Source: Paraspadella gotoi | Lineage: Eukaryota > Animalia > Chaetognatha | Direction: 5' to 3' | DNA: 64,000 nucleotides | Assembly: GCA_051294375.1 (NCBI GenBank) | Contig: CM119269.1 | Location: forward strand, 7,607,446 to 7,671,445 | Part shown: positions 15,126 through 26,540 of the stretch, in pieces | Layout of the letters: every line of letters begins with the position of its first letter | Position numbering within the stretch: the first letter of the stretch is position 1 | The notes under the pieces: model-generated | The model's input: the letters and a program-made list of their open reading frames with translations, nothing else | Databases searched by the model: none | Told to the model about the DNA's origin: nothing | Made by a program: the position numbers and the translations under genes

Positions 15126-15159
<34 letters not shown>

Positions 15160-18100
15160 GGTATAATAATAATAGGTATAATAATGATAAGTAATAGAGA
15201 TGTCGATTTTCTCGCGGATAGAAGCGGACGACGGCGAATATGTTCCGATGTTGCCTCCGACGACTTTGGCCTCCTCAGGAATTCCGGTTCCGCCTCCTCC
15301 CGGCGGCGTCATCCACCGCCGTGCCACTCCCCCATCTTCCGGAAGTTATCAGCCGCGAATGACGCCGCCTCCCTCGAGCGGGAGTTTAATATCAAGGTTC
15401 TGTTCCATCTTTATGCCTATAACCGCGTTTGCTCTTTTCTCTATTTGGCTTTGCTCTTTCTTTTTCGGCTGTGCTCTTCTCTCTATTTGGCTTTGCTCTT
15501 TTCTCTATTTGGCTTTGCTCTTTTCTCTATTTGGCTTTGCTCTTTTCTCTATTTGGCTTTGCTCTTTTCTCTATTTGGCTTTGCTCTTTTCTCTATTTGG
15601 CTTTGCTCTTTTCTCTATTTGGTTTTGCTCTTTATTATTCGGCTGTGCTCTTTACTATATTAAACACTTCTCTTTATCTTATCCGGGTTAACATATTTCT
15701 ACAACCAAGTTTCTTTCTTCCTTCAGTCCCTTCGGCGGCGAGGAAAGCGACTACATGGAGATGAACCTCAGCGGCGGCGCCTCGACGACGCCGCCCTCCG
15801 CCTCTGTCCGCAAAAAGAGCGCCTCCCCCTCTGCCGGCGCCGAAGCCAGAGGTATTAATGCGGCGTAGCCTCCGATTTTCAGTTGAGTCTCATTAACTTT
15901 GACCTTTCTTTCGACTACAGGCGGATCGGGATCGACTCCACCAAAGCCAGGCGGCATTTTCGGTTCCATGCTCCAGGCGAGTGGATAGAGAACGCGTTTG
16001 AGATACGTTCCAACCGGTTTAATCGAATTTTTTTTTTTCTCTGTCCTCATTTTGCAGAACCTTTTCCGGTCTGGAGGTTCTGGATCCTCCGCCTCCTCCT
16101 CCTCTGGATTCCCACGAGGCTCCTCAGAGGAAAGTCCTTATATGGAGATGGATTTTCAGGGTGAGCATTGACCAATGACCGCGGTCGCTTTTAGTTATTT
16201 TTTCATTGCTTATTGCTTTCGCTTGCGCTCAAAGGCGGAAAACGAACTCGGTCGTCCTCCTTCACGAAGCGATTGAGTTTTCAGTTGGGCGGAAATCACG
16301 CATCTTCCTCCGCCGGTAAAAGTAATTACTCAAATGGTTTTTTTGCAAACTTCAATAAAAACGTTGCTAATTTGTGCCGTTCCCCTCCGCCACCTATTTC
16401 AGCTTTGCCTCCATCTAGACCAGGATCTTTGCACCTTCCGCCGTCAAGACAAAGATCAGGTATATCCCTATCGTGTTATTGTTATCGTTAAAACTATTAG
16501 CTAATTCATTATTATTCTTGCAGACACGGAGGGAGACTACATCAACATGATGCCGTCGACGGGCGAAGTGATTCGACTCGAGGCTGAGAAAGAGTTAGAA
16601 AAGATGACGCCCTCGACGGAGACGGCGACGTCCGCTGGCGGAACGCCCTTCGTCTCGGCGGCGACGTCAGGCGTCATGCGGCCCAAGAGCTTTTCGCTTA
16701 GCAAAAAACGGTACGTGTCTCTTTGTCAAATTAGATCTCATTAGCAAATTTGCGACAATAAAGGTTTCAATTTATAAATCACGCAGGAGCACGAGCGCTC
16801 GACAGGTTTCGGGCTTGCCGATGGTAGGCCCGCGGGTGGGCGCCACGCCCTCATCGGACGAGGCCCCGCCTCTCTCCAAACCTCAGACGCTGCCTCCGAG
16901 CAGCAGTATCGGCAGCACCGCCGTCGGCACCCTCCCCAACCTTCTCAGTCTCGGCGCCATCCATCAGCGTCAGAGGTCCAACCCTCAAACCGAGCGAGAG
17001 TACGTCAACGCGGAAACCCGAAAGTTAAAGGAGGAAGGCTTCGCTGCGACAAAGACGAAACCCTTGACAAAGTCGGCCGAGGCTGCGGCAGCGACGGCGG
17101 CGGCGAGTACGGCAGGGAACGCGGCCAAAACTACTACCTCGGGTAAGGTTGGCTTTGTCTAGTAGATAAGAAAACCACATTAGGCCGTGCAAGGGCACAA
17201 ATGAAAAAAAAATTGTACTTGCCTCTTCTTGTTAACATTCATAATCACAGTATCAATTCCAATTCCCCTTCTCCTTTACACCCGCAGTTTCTGCCTGTTT
17301 GACGACGACGACGCCGGCGACGACGACGTTCGTCTCCACTTCCTTTGTTCATCAACCTTCGGGGGGTTTCGTGAAGGCGGCGCGGTTGTCGCCCTCCTGT
17401 TCGACCACGCCCACCCAGGAGTTATCGCCCACATCCTCGCCCCCTTATCGACAGGCGCCCATCGGTGAGCAAGTTGAGCGTTTGACTAAAGAGTGGCGAT
17501 TCTTAAAATCTAATCTTTACTCTTTCCCCTTTTTTTATAATCTCAGGCGCGATCACATCGCTCTCCCCTTCTTCCGCTTCCCAAGCTCCGACCCTCTCCT
17601 TCTTTTCTCCCTCGTCGTCGTCGTCGTCGCCGACGCTGACGCCACTTCCGGCTACGTTGATCGAGTCTCCCACGGCGGCGCCGGCCTTTTTCGGCGACGA
17701 CGAATCTGTTCGTGTTCTCAGCGGGGCCTCGAAAGGTGGGAATCAATCATAGGAACTCAATCTCATTTCAGACAATTCACAAATTAATCTGCTACAGGAA
17801 TTGTTCGATCGAATGTTTTTAAGTTTTATAATTCAGTATTTTGTGGCGAATCCTAAATTCGCCTCCCGTATAACTTGGTGAAACTCAGCTAGTTCCATTG
17901 GCTTGGACAGCTAAATACTAAACACGACAGTGTCATGGGGTGGTCACTGTAGGTGGTCAGTGCAGGTGCAATCCCCCATTGCCATAATTGGTCAATTTTA
18001 TTTGAAATACTTACTCGTCTTTAGTCTCTACTGCGCCCATGGATTCATCGTCTTCGCCCCGTTGCGGCCATTGCGGCGGAGCCTTGGCCTTTCCCTCCGG

Positions 18101-20235
18101 CCCGACTTCGGACCGACTTCCGGAACTTTGCGCTTGCTCGTCGCGACATCCTTCTCAACCGAGTCGCCTGCGCCATCTCTCCGAGGAGGACGAGGATTTG
18201 GACTCTAACGGCGAGGCTCGTTTCTCTGCCGCCAGTCAAGGCTTCGTTGTTTCCGGGAGCGGCGCCGCCGACGACGAGGATCCGCCGCCCGCCTCGCCAC
18301 CTTTCCCCATCCCCTTGACGTCCAGCGACGAAGCGGACGTGAAATCTCGTTACGGGCGATCCGAGTCGGCAAGCGGGATGTCGAGCGGGACGTCCTCGCC
18401 CACGCTCGTCCTGCAGAACATGAGGCTGATGACGCCGCGTGCCTCGCCGCTCCCCGCCGCCTACAGCAGCACCGCCATGATCCTTTCGGGTAAGAACTGA
18501 AAAGGATCCTTTTCTTTAGGTTTAAACTTTCTTTCTCGGCTTATTTTTTCAATTTATTTAGACAAACAGAGCGGAACAGAGTAATTTTGTAATTATTTTT
18601 TATTTTTTATCGTCGCAATCGCTTTGTAACGCTTTTGCGCATAAGTGGCGTAGTCGTTGTCGGCGTCGGCGTTCCAAATTATTGATCGCCTTTTTGATGA
18701 TTAAATTAGCCATTAGCCATTATTGCAATTAGTCTTGCTCAATACTCATTTATTGTTTGAATGTCATATTGTTTCAAATCGTTTAATCTTTTTATCGTCT
18801 TAACTGTCAAATTGTCTCTTTTATTTCAGAAAAAAAAATTAAATTTGGGTGTATGAAGCTGAAAATTTATATACAGGTTCTCATCATCGATGTCCTTAAA
18901 ATTGGGTCAGGACAGTTATTAAATATGTTTTGTTTACGTTTTATCAAAACAAATAAATATCCACTATTTTATTTTTATGTCTCCTCTCTCTCTTTTCTCT
19001 TTTGAATATATGTAGCTATCTCTCCCTCTTTTCCCCAGTGTTGATTCATCGGGGAAAAAACGAGTCTGCAGCTGGCTCTGCAGGGGCTATTTCTTTTTCT
19101 CTCTTTTCTCCTGCTGCTTCTGCTGCTGTCTTTTGATTTCTTTATTTTTTTTCTGGCTGCCTCTGCTGCTGCCGCTGCTGATTTGTCCGAAAACGTTTTG
19201 GCTTCTCTCTCTCTCGCGCTTTCTTTCTCTTTTTTTTTTATATTAATTGACAATCGCAAAATGAATTTTTTTTTGTTTATAAATTAATTTTCTTTTCTAA
19301 ATTTTGTTTTCTCAGGGGCTGCGTCTGCTGATCAGTTTATTTGACAAGGACAGTTGACAATGACAAAAAATAATTTTTTTCAGAAACTGTAACTTTAATT
19401 TTCCTCGCTATTTCTTCTTTTTTTTAATTGACAATCGCAAAATAGAATTTGTTTATAAATTAATTACAAAATTTCTCAAATCTTCTTTTTTTTAGTATCA
19501 AAATTTGTCATCAATCCAGATTTTTCTTATGCGATTGCGACGATCTTTATTCTTTTAAGATTTTTATTTATAGATTTATATCCACCCTCAATCAATACAT
19601 GACAATATGCAAATGAGATTGATAAACTTAATGTAATTTTAAATAATCCACAATCCACATGGCCCCACCTCTTTCCTTTTTTTACCGCTAAATTATTTAT
19701 TTTGTCGCTTCATTCGTTTTCGTAATAATTTCTTTTTTCCTCACTTCAGGCAATATTTCCCCGTCGAGTCCCAACAAAGTCGCTTTTGTCTTCGACGATC
19801 CGACGCCGGCGTTGGAAGATCCGCCGCCGGAGGTCGCGGCGCCGAAGGAAGCGGCGCAGGCGCCAGATTCGAGCGGCGCCGACTGTCGATCGCCCTCGGA
19901 CGAATCCGAAGGTCGAATATTAAATACTATTTTTAATTTTTAATTAGGGGTCGCTGATTCTCATTTAATTTGTTTTTAAAATTCCATTGCTTTTCTTTTC
20001 AGTCGGCGACGACGCATTAGGAGAACCCTCGCCCATCTCCTCTTCCTCTTCAATATCCGAGATCTGCCTTCCGCCCCTCATCGCCGCCTCCGCCGAAAAC
20101 GCCTCCCCTCCGGAGGATCACCCAGCCCAACATGACGTCAACGCGGCCGAGGCCGCCGCCGCCGCCAATCCGGTTGCCGTTGGCGTCATGGCGGCGACAA
20201 CCACCGCCACGACGACTCCCTCTGTCGTTCGTTGA
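8432..20235 (+). CDS. IRS1: Insulin receptor substrate (IRS/chico-like), multi-exon
   Basis: Exons 8432-8512, 8580-8737, 9023-9213 give an IRS PH domain (DVIKCGFLKKQK..RFFVLR..RLEYYESE..EQSDWIAAL). Exons 9559-9666, 9756-9829, 9916-10013 give an IRS-type PTB (HVWEV..LRHIRQCG..FECGR..GEGEVWV..IAHSIHET). Low-complexity tail with YxxM motifs (YIDM, YIPM, YVPM, YMEM x2, YINM) and YxN motifs (YENV, YVNA). Last exon ~20003-20235. Tail exon boundaries only partly resolved. Confidence 0.9.
10525..11206. mobile_element. MITE family 1 copy in IRS intron
   Basis: Long TIR CAGAA(A/G)GCTTCATATTATAAAATGTGGTACCCCTTTTTTGTGACCAGAA at both ends, with TA flanks. Confidence 0.9.
13474..14230 (+). mobile_element. 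Non-autonomous Helentron/DINE-1-like element, family 2
   Basis: Subterminal IR ATCGTCGCAATCGC ... GCGATTGCGATGAT, then CCTTATGCTTTTAAGATTTT. CT-rich interior. Second copy at 18609-19562, related piece at ~52050-53540. Confidence 0.65.
14969..15183 (+). repeat. Tandem repeat (AGGTATAATAATAATATT)n decaying to (AAT)n, intronic
   Basis: Directly visible array. Confidence 0.9.
15428..15652 (+). repeat. 22-bp minisatellite (CTTTGCTCTTTTCTCTATTTGG)n, about 10 units, intronic
   Basis: Directly visible array. Confidence 0.9.
17843..17950 (+). mobile_element. Internally deleted copy of the SINE-like repeat at 1858-2158
   Basis: Near-identical segments to 1858-1932 and 2030-2053. Confidence 0.55.
18609..19562 (+). 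mobile_element. Helentron/DINE-1-like element, family 2, second copy
   Basis: Same ATCGTCGCAATCGC/GCGATTGCGACGAT ends and collinear interior with 13474-14230. Confidence 0.7.
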
Positions 20236-22334
20236 GATGAAAACGAAAAAAAAACTCGATTCATGAAAAATATTTAAAAAAATGACCAAAAAAAAAACAA
20301 CACATATAAAAGGCATGAAGGCAAGACAGAATTGTTGGACACTCTATGACTATGAATCAGAATCTTTAAAAATTGTATTCTGTGTTTTTATTTTTTTAAT
20401 TTTCCGTATTTTATTACTATTGTATTTATATTATTAATATATTTGTATTTTTATTATAATAATTATTTGTCCGAAAAATAGTTAAAGCGTCGCTCACTTG
20501 ACCGTTTTATGATTTTTTTCAAAATTAATGAGGAAGAGGGGGGGGTTAAATTAAGCCTTTATATCTTAATAAGTATATAGAGTTTCAGTGTTCTTTCTTG
20601 GAAGAAAATAAAATTCGTTGTAAATTTCGTCTATTAATGGTAACGTAAAAAATAAATGTTATTTAGTGAAATGTAGGATCGATAAAAAAAACACCCACTT
20701 TACCCAGTTGGATAGTTTATTTAGATTAATCAATACTGCGTCAGGAGAAAGAAGTGTTAATTGAAGCTTCACAATTAGAAGTTTGCAGGGACCTGCTATG
20801 TCATTATCTTGTAAGAGTGATGGAGACCTGAAGTCACCAAAGCCTGTACAAAATCAGGGGCAAGATAACTTATTTTTTGAGTGACTGGATAATTTTTATT
20901 TTGTATTTCAGAAATAAGATTTAATAACAGTTCTGCACGATATGTAAAAATTAACAGACAGTACCATTGGGACACACTGTATTAAGTAATGTAAGACAAT
21001 CATCCAAACTATATAATCTCGTCTTGTATGTTATGTTATGGATCTACAAGTTAGTTCCGGTAACTTTAAAACTTTGAAATGTCTTTCAAGAGTCATAATT
21101 CGATTTTAAAATGTTTTTCCTGTTCTTCCTCATAATTCTATCATACTGACATGAAAATTTATTTTTTAGGTTTAAGATGGTGTTTTATTTAAACGCACCC
21201 TTTTTCCTAACGTGTCCGGAGCTTTTTAACAACGAAGTTAAATATTTTAAACATGGCCTAGTTTTGTTTTTCACCCTACATCTAATCGGCCACCTGGCGA
21301 GTCGAGCGGGAACTCGCAGATCATGCCCGAGTCATTCTTGCCTCATCGAGAGGCAGACCGGAAGTCGGAAGGACATCGGTTTACGCCATTTTAAAGTCTA
21401 TTCATTCCGGTGAAGGATAAAAAAAGGTGGCGGTGGAGAAGATGTGAAACGAGATTGATTCGCGTCCAAAGGGATATTCTATTCTAGTCTGCGGAAGTGA
21501 CAAGGTTAGTTCGGTATGATGCAATGTTATTTATTATTTCGTCATAACTCAACTGTTTTTTCTAATTTTGTAATTTTTGTAAAGTTTTGTAATTTCTGGG
21601 AAGTTGAGGAGGGAACTTTCTTTGGTTTCATTGTGAGGGAAAAAATTCATAGTTTATCGGGTTATGCTTAAGTTAAGTTTGTCTTGGTTTTGTCTTCGGA
21701 GGTCAATGACCTCAAAGAAACTTTGTCAAGAATGATAGCTTTTTTATGAATTATGAATGTACGTTTAATGGTCAATGGGCTCGTTCCCACGATCTTTTAG
21801 CTAGGATTGTTTTCAAGTCACCACTTGAAAATTGTCTTGCATTTTTAAACACTTTTTAGATACTTCTGTAATCAGTTTTTACGATTTAAAATTATTTTTT
21901 TACGTTCTAAAATATTTCTTTACTCTTTAGCACTTTTCTATCCGTTTTTCCCCCCAGTCATTAATCCATCATAACACCCTCCTTCCTCTTCTCTCCTCTC
22001 TCCTCTCTTTTTTCAGTTTTTTAGTTGTTTTAAGTTTTTTGTCTCTTATCCATATCTTTTTAATTTATTTTTCTATCGCATCACCTTCTAATTCTTGTTT
22101 CTCCCTCGCCTATATTTTTTACCCCCATCTCTGCCTTATTTATAGCGTTTTAAAAAGAGTTTAAAAAAATTTAAAAAATGTAACTGATCGATTCGCGCTG
22201 TCTGCTCTTCTTCGCCCTTCATTTGTTCACCCCGATCTTTTACGCTGTTTTCGAAGCCCCATAAAATTGACCCAATTTGAAGAGAATGAATCTTGTTTGA
22301 ACCTAATTTTTTTTTATGATCACAAGGGGACAAC

Positions 22335-23882
22335 ATGTGCAAAAATGACGGTTCTGCGAGAAAGGCGAAATATGAAACGGTAAGTTTGTTGAAGGTCGAC
22401 TTATCTCGCTCTTTGTGAAAATAAATTATTGATTAAATCAATCTTATCAATTGCTTTTTTTAAAAACCACTCCCACATTTTCCTACTTTACCCCGCCGCA
22501 GTTTAAGCGGTCCGCCTTGCCGTCCAATTCGTCGCCGCTCGAGAACGGGAAACGGGCGGTGGAGGGATCCGCCCTTCCCGCCTTTCTCTTTCCGTCGGAC
22601 GGTTCATCGACGCAGGAATCGTTGGAGTAAGACTCTACGAGATTCTCCCTTCTTCCCTCGTTGTCTCGTCGTTTAACCAATTTCCTTTTACTCGCCTTTT
22701 TTTCGTAATTTTGAGTTCATTTCTGTGCAGCGGATCCGATGTTCTCTCGATTCACGCCTGTTGTGGACTGTCTTTGCTTCCTCCGGCGTTTAAAAGCTTC
22801 CAATACACGTACATTTTTTTTTGGTTACTTTTGAAGTAATGTCATGCTTTTCGCTTTTCAGTGGTTTTTTCGCAATGCTTGTTTTATTTCCGAATTGTTC
22901 TTGAAAAATTGTTTTTGGAGTATATACATTTTGAATATTTACATTTATAACGTTTAAAACGATTTATTTTTTAAAAAATGATTAATTTGCCCTAATTTTA
23001 GGAAGGATGCGTCCTACCATCAAAACGGCGAGAGTCAGGTCAACATTAAGAATCTCGATTTGAAAATCGTCAACAAAGCTTTGACTTCCTCGTGGCGGAA
23101 GGACCTTCCCCTGCTCTCTGTCCCGTAAATAAACTTGGGGCTGATATTTCGGGCTTTTTCTTTTTTTTCCTTTTTTAGTGAAAAATGTTCCTAACTTTTT
23201 CAGACGCGATCCAACGGATCGTAGAAAGAGCTGCTTGAGATCTCCCACAGACGAACCAAAGACGCCCAAGGCCGTTCAATTCGTTGACGAGAAAATCGGA
23301 ACTTCGCTGGCGCAGACCATCATTTTTTCCCGCCAATTCGGCGGAGGCGACGACGACGAGCCAGCTCAGCCCTCTCCATCCGCGGTCACGCCCCCTAGTC
23401 TCTCTGAAAGCCAAAAAGGGCGCGCCGCCAACGGGGAATTTCGCCGCGATTGGGCCGAGGTTCGCCGACGTTTGAATCGAGACGCCGTCTGCTTGGAGAG
23501 TCTAACGACGACGGGTAAACGCGCCAAAGGCCGCGTCGTGGTTCACAACGAGCACTACGAAAAGTCGGTTTCGGCGAGGTACACCCTCGACGGGTGGGCC
23601 TCGTATCGCGAAGCCGAAGCCAAGTACGTCTTCAACGGAAAATGGGGCGACTTCTACGACTGCTTCGAATTCGAGATCGAGGCCGGTGCGGAGAGAGGGA
23701 GACCCGAGGTGATCGTCGAGCTGGCCCTCCGCTTCGAGACCGGCGGACGAATCGCTTGGGACAACAACGACGGACGCAACTACGTCGTCGTCGTTGCCGA
23801 GGGCGGAAGGGAGTCGCACAAAGAAGTAGCTCAAGTTCCGACGACCCTCGACGAAGACTTCGGTGGCTTCATTTGGTATTAA
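22335..23882 (+). CDS. PPP1R3: Protein phosphatase 1 glycogen-targeting regulatory subunit (PPP1R3 family, CBM21)
   Basis: Phase-consistent exons 22335-22379, 22502-22626, 22731-22808, 23002-23124, 23204-23882. KSCLR and KAVQF (RVxF-like) PP1-docking motifs. CBM21 signatures VCLES, GRVVVHNEHYEKSVSARYTLDGW, WDNNDGRNY. AATAAA at ~23957. Confidence 0.9.
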
Positions 23883-24894
23883 AGGTTTTCGAGTCTTTTC
23901 TATTTAATATTTGTTTGTTTGGTTGTTAGATTTTTGTTTGGTGTCCTACTTAAAGCAATAAAGCCAGTATTGGAAAAAAAAACCTTTGTCAAGGAATTTT
24001 CGAATGATTTTTTTTTTGTCGCCTCATTGTACAATGCTCAAAAACGATGTCTCAAATAGTACAGTGAAGTTTGGCTAATTTTTTTAGAATAGCATCTATG
24101 TTTCGTGGCTGTACGTAATTTATATTTTTTCTCGTTATTTTATTTTTAGTTGCGCCGCGAGTAGTACTCGCGGAGCAAGTCACTTTTTTTCTGTATATCT
24201 GTATATCTCAAGAACTTTTAGTTGACATGTCCTTGAAACATTCGATGTAATTATTGTGTGTCATTAATAAAATTAAACGATTAAATCAATGAGACTGCCT
24301 TTTAATTTTGTACAGGTTTTTACTTTAAAAATTTTATTTTGATTTAATTTTAGCTATTCTTGCTTTAAATAATAATATTGGCAATGGTCATGCATTTAAA
24401 TAAACTCTAAATAATTCGAATTGCTTCCGCGGCACATAAACTAGTTATAACGTACATTACGATTAAATATCCCAAGTTTGACAACAACCTTTTTTTGATG
24501 CAATGGTTAGTCAGTTTGACCTTTAGCTCTTAAAGTTGACCTCCATTTCCCCGTTGCTCTTTTCTTCTCCCTTCCATTGTCATCTTCTTCGTTTTTCCAC
24601 CAGAGTTCGTCTCTCTTCCTCCGACGAAGAATCCCTCGCTTCTCTTCTTTCTCAACCTCGTGTCAATCTTGCGACGCGAGCCGCGGCGGGTAAGGCTTTC
24701 CACATTCGCTGAAAACATTTCGTCTCTCGCTTCCAGATTTCCATACAACTAGAAAGCCTCTGTCTTTGCGTCAAACCAATTTCAATCGGGAACTCCTACA
24801 ATCGGCAAACGTCCGCAACGTCGCATAATAATAGAATCCGAATTTGACGGTGAGTTACGATTCAATTTTTAATGATATATGATTTAAAGTTAAA

Positions 24895-25025
24895 AGCGTT
24901 CAGTGTAACAGGGCTGGCAGTTTTTTTTTGTGGCCGCTTTGTAAGGAAGAACGCTAAATAATAAAGAAACGTAGACATTAGGGAAAATGCTCTGTGATTT
25001 TCTCTTTAGACTGTTTCTTACAATG
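24895..25025 (+). ncRNA. Box H/ACA snoRNA candidate (intronic)
   Basis: Hairpin 1: AGCGTTC/GAACGCT with upper stem ACAGGGC/GCTTTGT. H box AAATAA 24956-24961. Hairpin 2: AAGAAAC/GTTTCTT with upper stem AGGGAAAAT/ATTTTCTCT. ACA at 25020-25022. Lies in GT-AG intron 24850-25099. Confidence 0.8.
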
Positions 25026-25203
25026 TTTTGTATTATTTTATAAGCCCTTGACTTCAGTCTCGTATGAAAATTTCATTATTTAAATCATGACCCTTACAGG
25101 GACGCATCCTCTTTTGCCAGTGGATCGTGCTAAGGTAAATATTGATTTCTATAAGATTGGTGATTATTATATCTTAAAAATCCTGACACATTTTTTTGTC
25201 TCA

Positions 25204-25258
25204 ATGATGTTACCGCACGTCAGTCTTACTGTCTGATGAAAAAATCCGTTTTTACTGA
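25204..25258 (+). ncRNA. Box C/D snoRNA candidate, snR72-like guide
   Basis: C-like ATGATGT, guide GCACGTCAG (antisense to conserved LSU rRNA CUGACGUGC), D'-like CTTA, C' TGATGA, D CTGA. Target assignment from memory of yeast Am876. Confidence 0.6.
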
Positions 25259-25391
25259 TTCATTATTAATATGTACATCGTAAGGTACAAATTTTGGAAA
25301 AAAAATTTTAAATTTAACTAATTAAATCTCGTTTTGTTCAGGTTTCGATTCTGTTGTTCGGAGGATGCCAAGCTGCGGCGTAAATAAGCTT

Positions 25392-25446
25392 ATGTGAAAA
25401 TCGTGTCAACTTGTGATAATACTAAACCCTGATGTTATTGCTCTGA
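25392..25446 (+). ncRNA. Box C/D snoRNA candidate (U36/snR47-like element plus an 18S-complementary element)
   Basis: Degenerate C box ATGTGA. ATCGTGTCAAC is antisense to LSU GUUGAC(G/A)CGAU. TGTTATTGCT, antisense to SSU AGCAAUAACA, lies directly before the D box CTGA. Confidence 0.45.
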
Positions 25447-25682
25447 AGATATTTTGGTATTTTATTCACGATTCTATCTCTTTTGTTTTGTTAAATCGGT
25501 TTAATAGTGTTTATTTCTTCGTTTAAACCTGTCTCCTGTCAATTATTCACGTCGCCATAACATTGAATTTTAAATTTTGCGAATTTATACGTCTAGTCGT
25601 CTATATCCTTATTGTTTGACTTTCAGTTGAATTATTTCACAGCCACAAAAAGGGGTAAAATACTTTCACAAAAAATTGCACA

Positions 25683-26218
<536 letters not shown>

Positions 26219-26540
26219 AGCGGCGGGGACAATTGGGGGAGGGGATTTGAATAAACCGTGTTAATTATTACTGCCTGGCAAATTGTTATTAATACAATTT
26301 CGTTACGCGTTTTGATTTGAACCCAGTTCGCTTTGGATAGTTTTTTTTTTAATTTTACCAGTTTTAGTTTCGCTTTGTGAGCGGTAGTAGTAGTCCTTTA
26401 AGTTTTTTTTTCTCTGCTCGATACGTTTTATTTCTTTTTATAAAAAAAGAAATTGTTTTTTTTTATATAAAGCGGAGGAATTTCGACGCTTTAGATACTG
26501 AACATTATTCATTCACCCTGATTTAAACTGTGGTGAGAGG

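Noticed and set aside
14940-15764. Poly-N/Y and LALLFSLFGF-repeat ORFs; possible CRISPR-like array
   Set aside because: These are translations of intronic tandem repeats, with no unique spacers and in a eukaryotic context.
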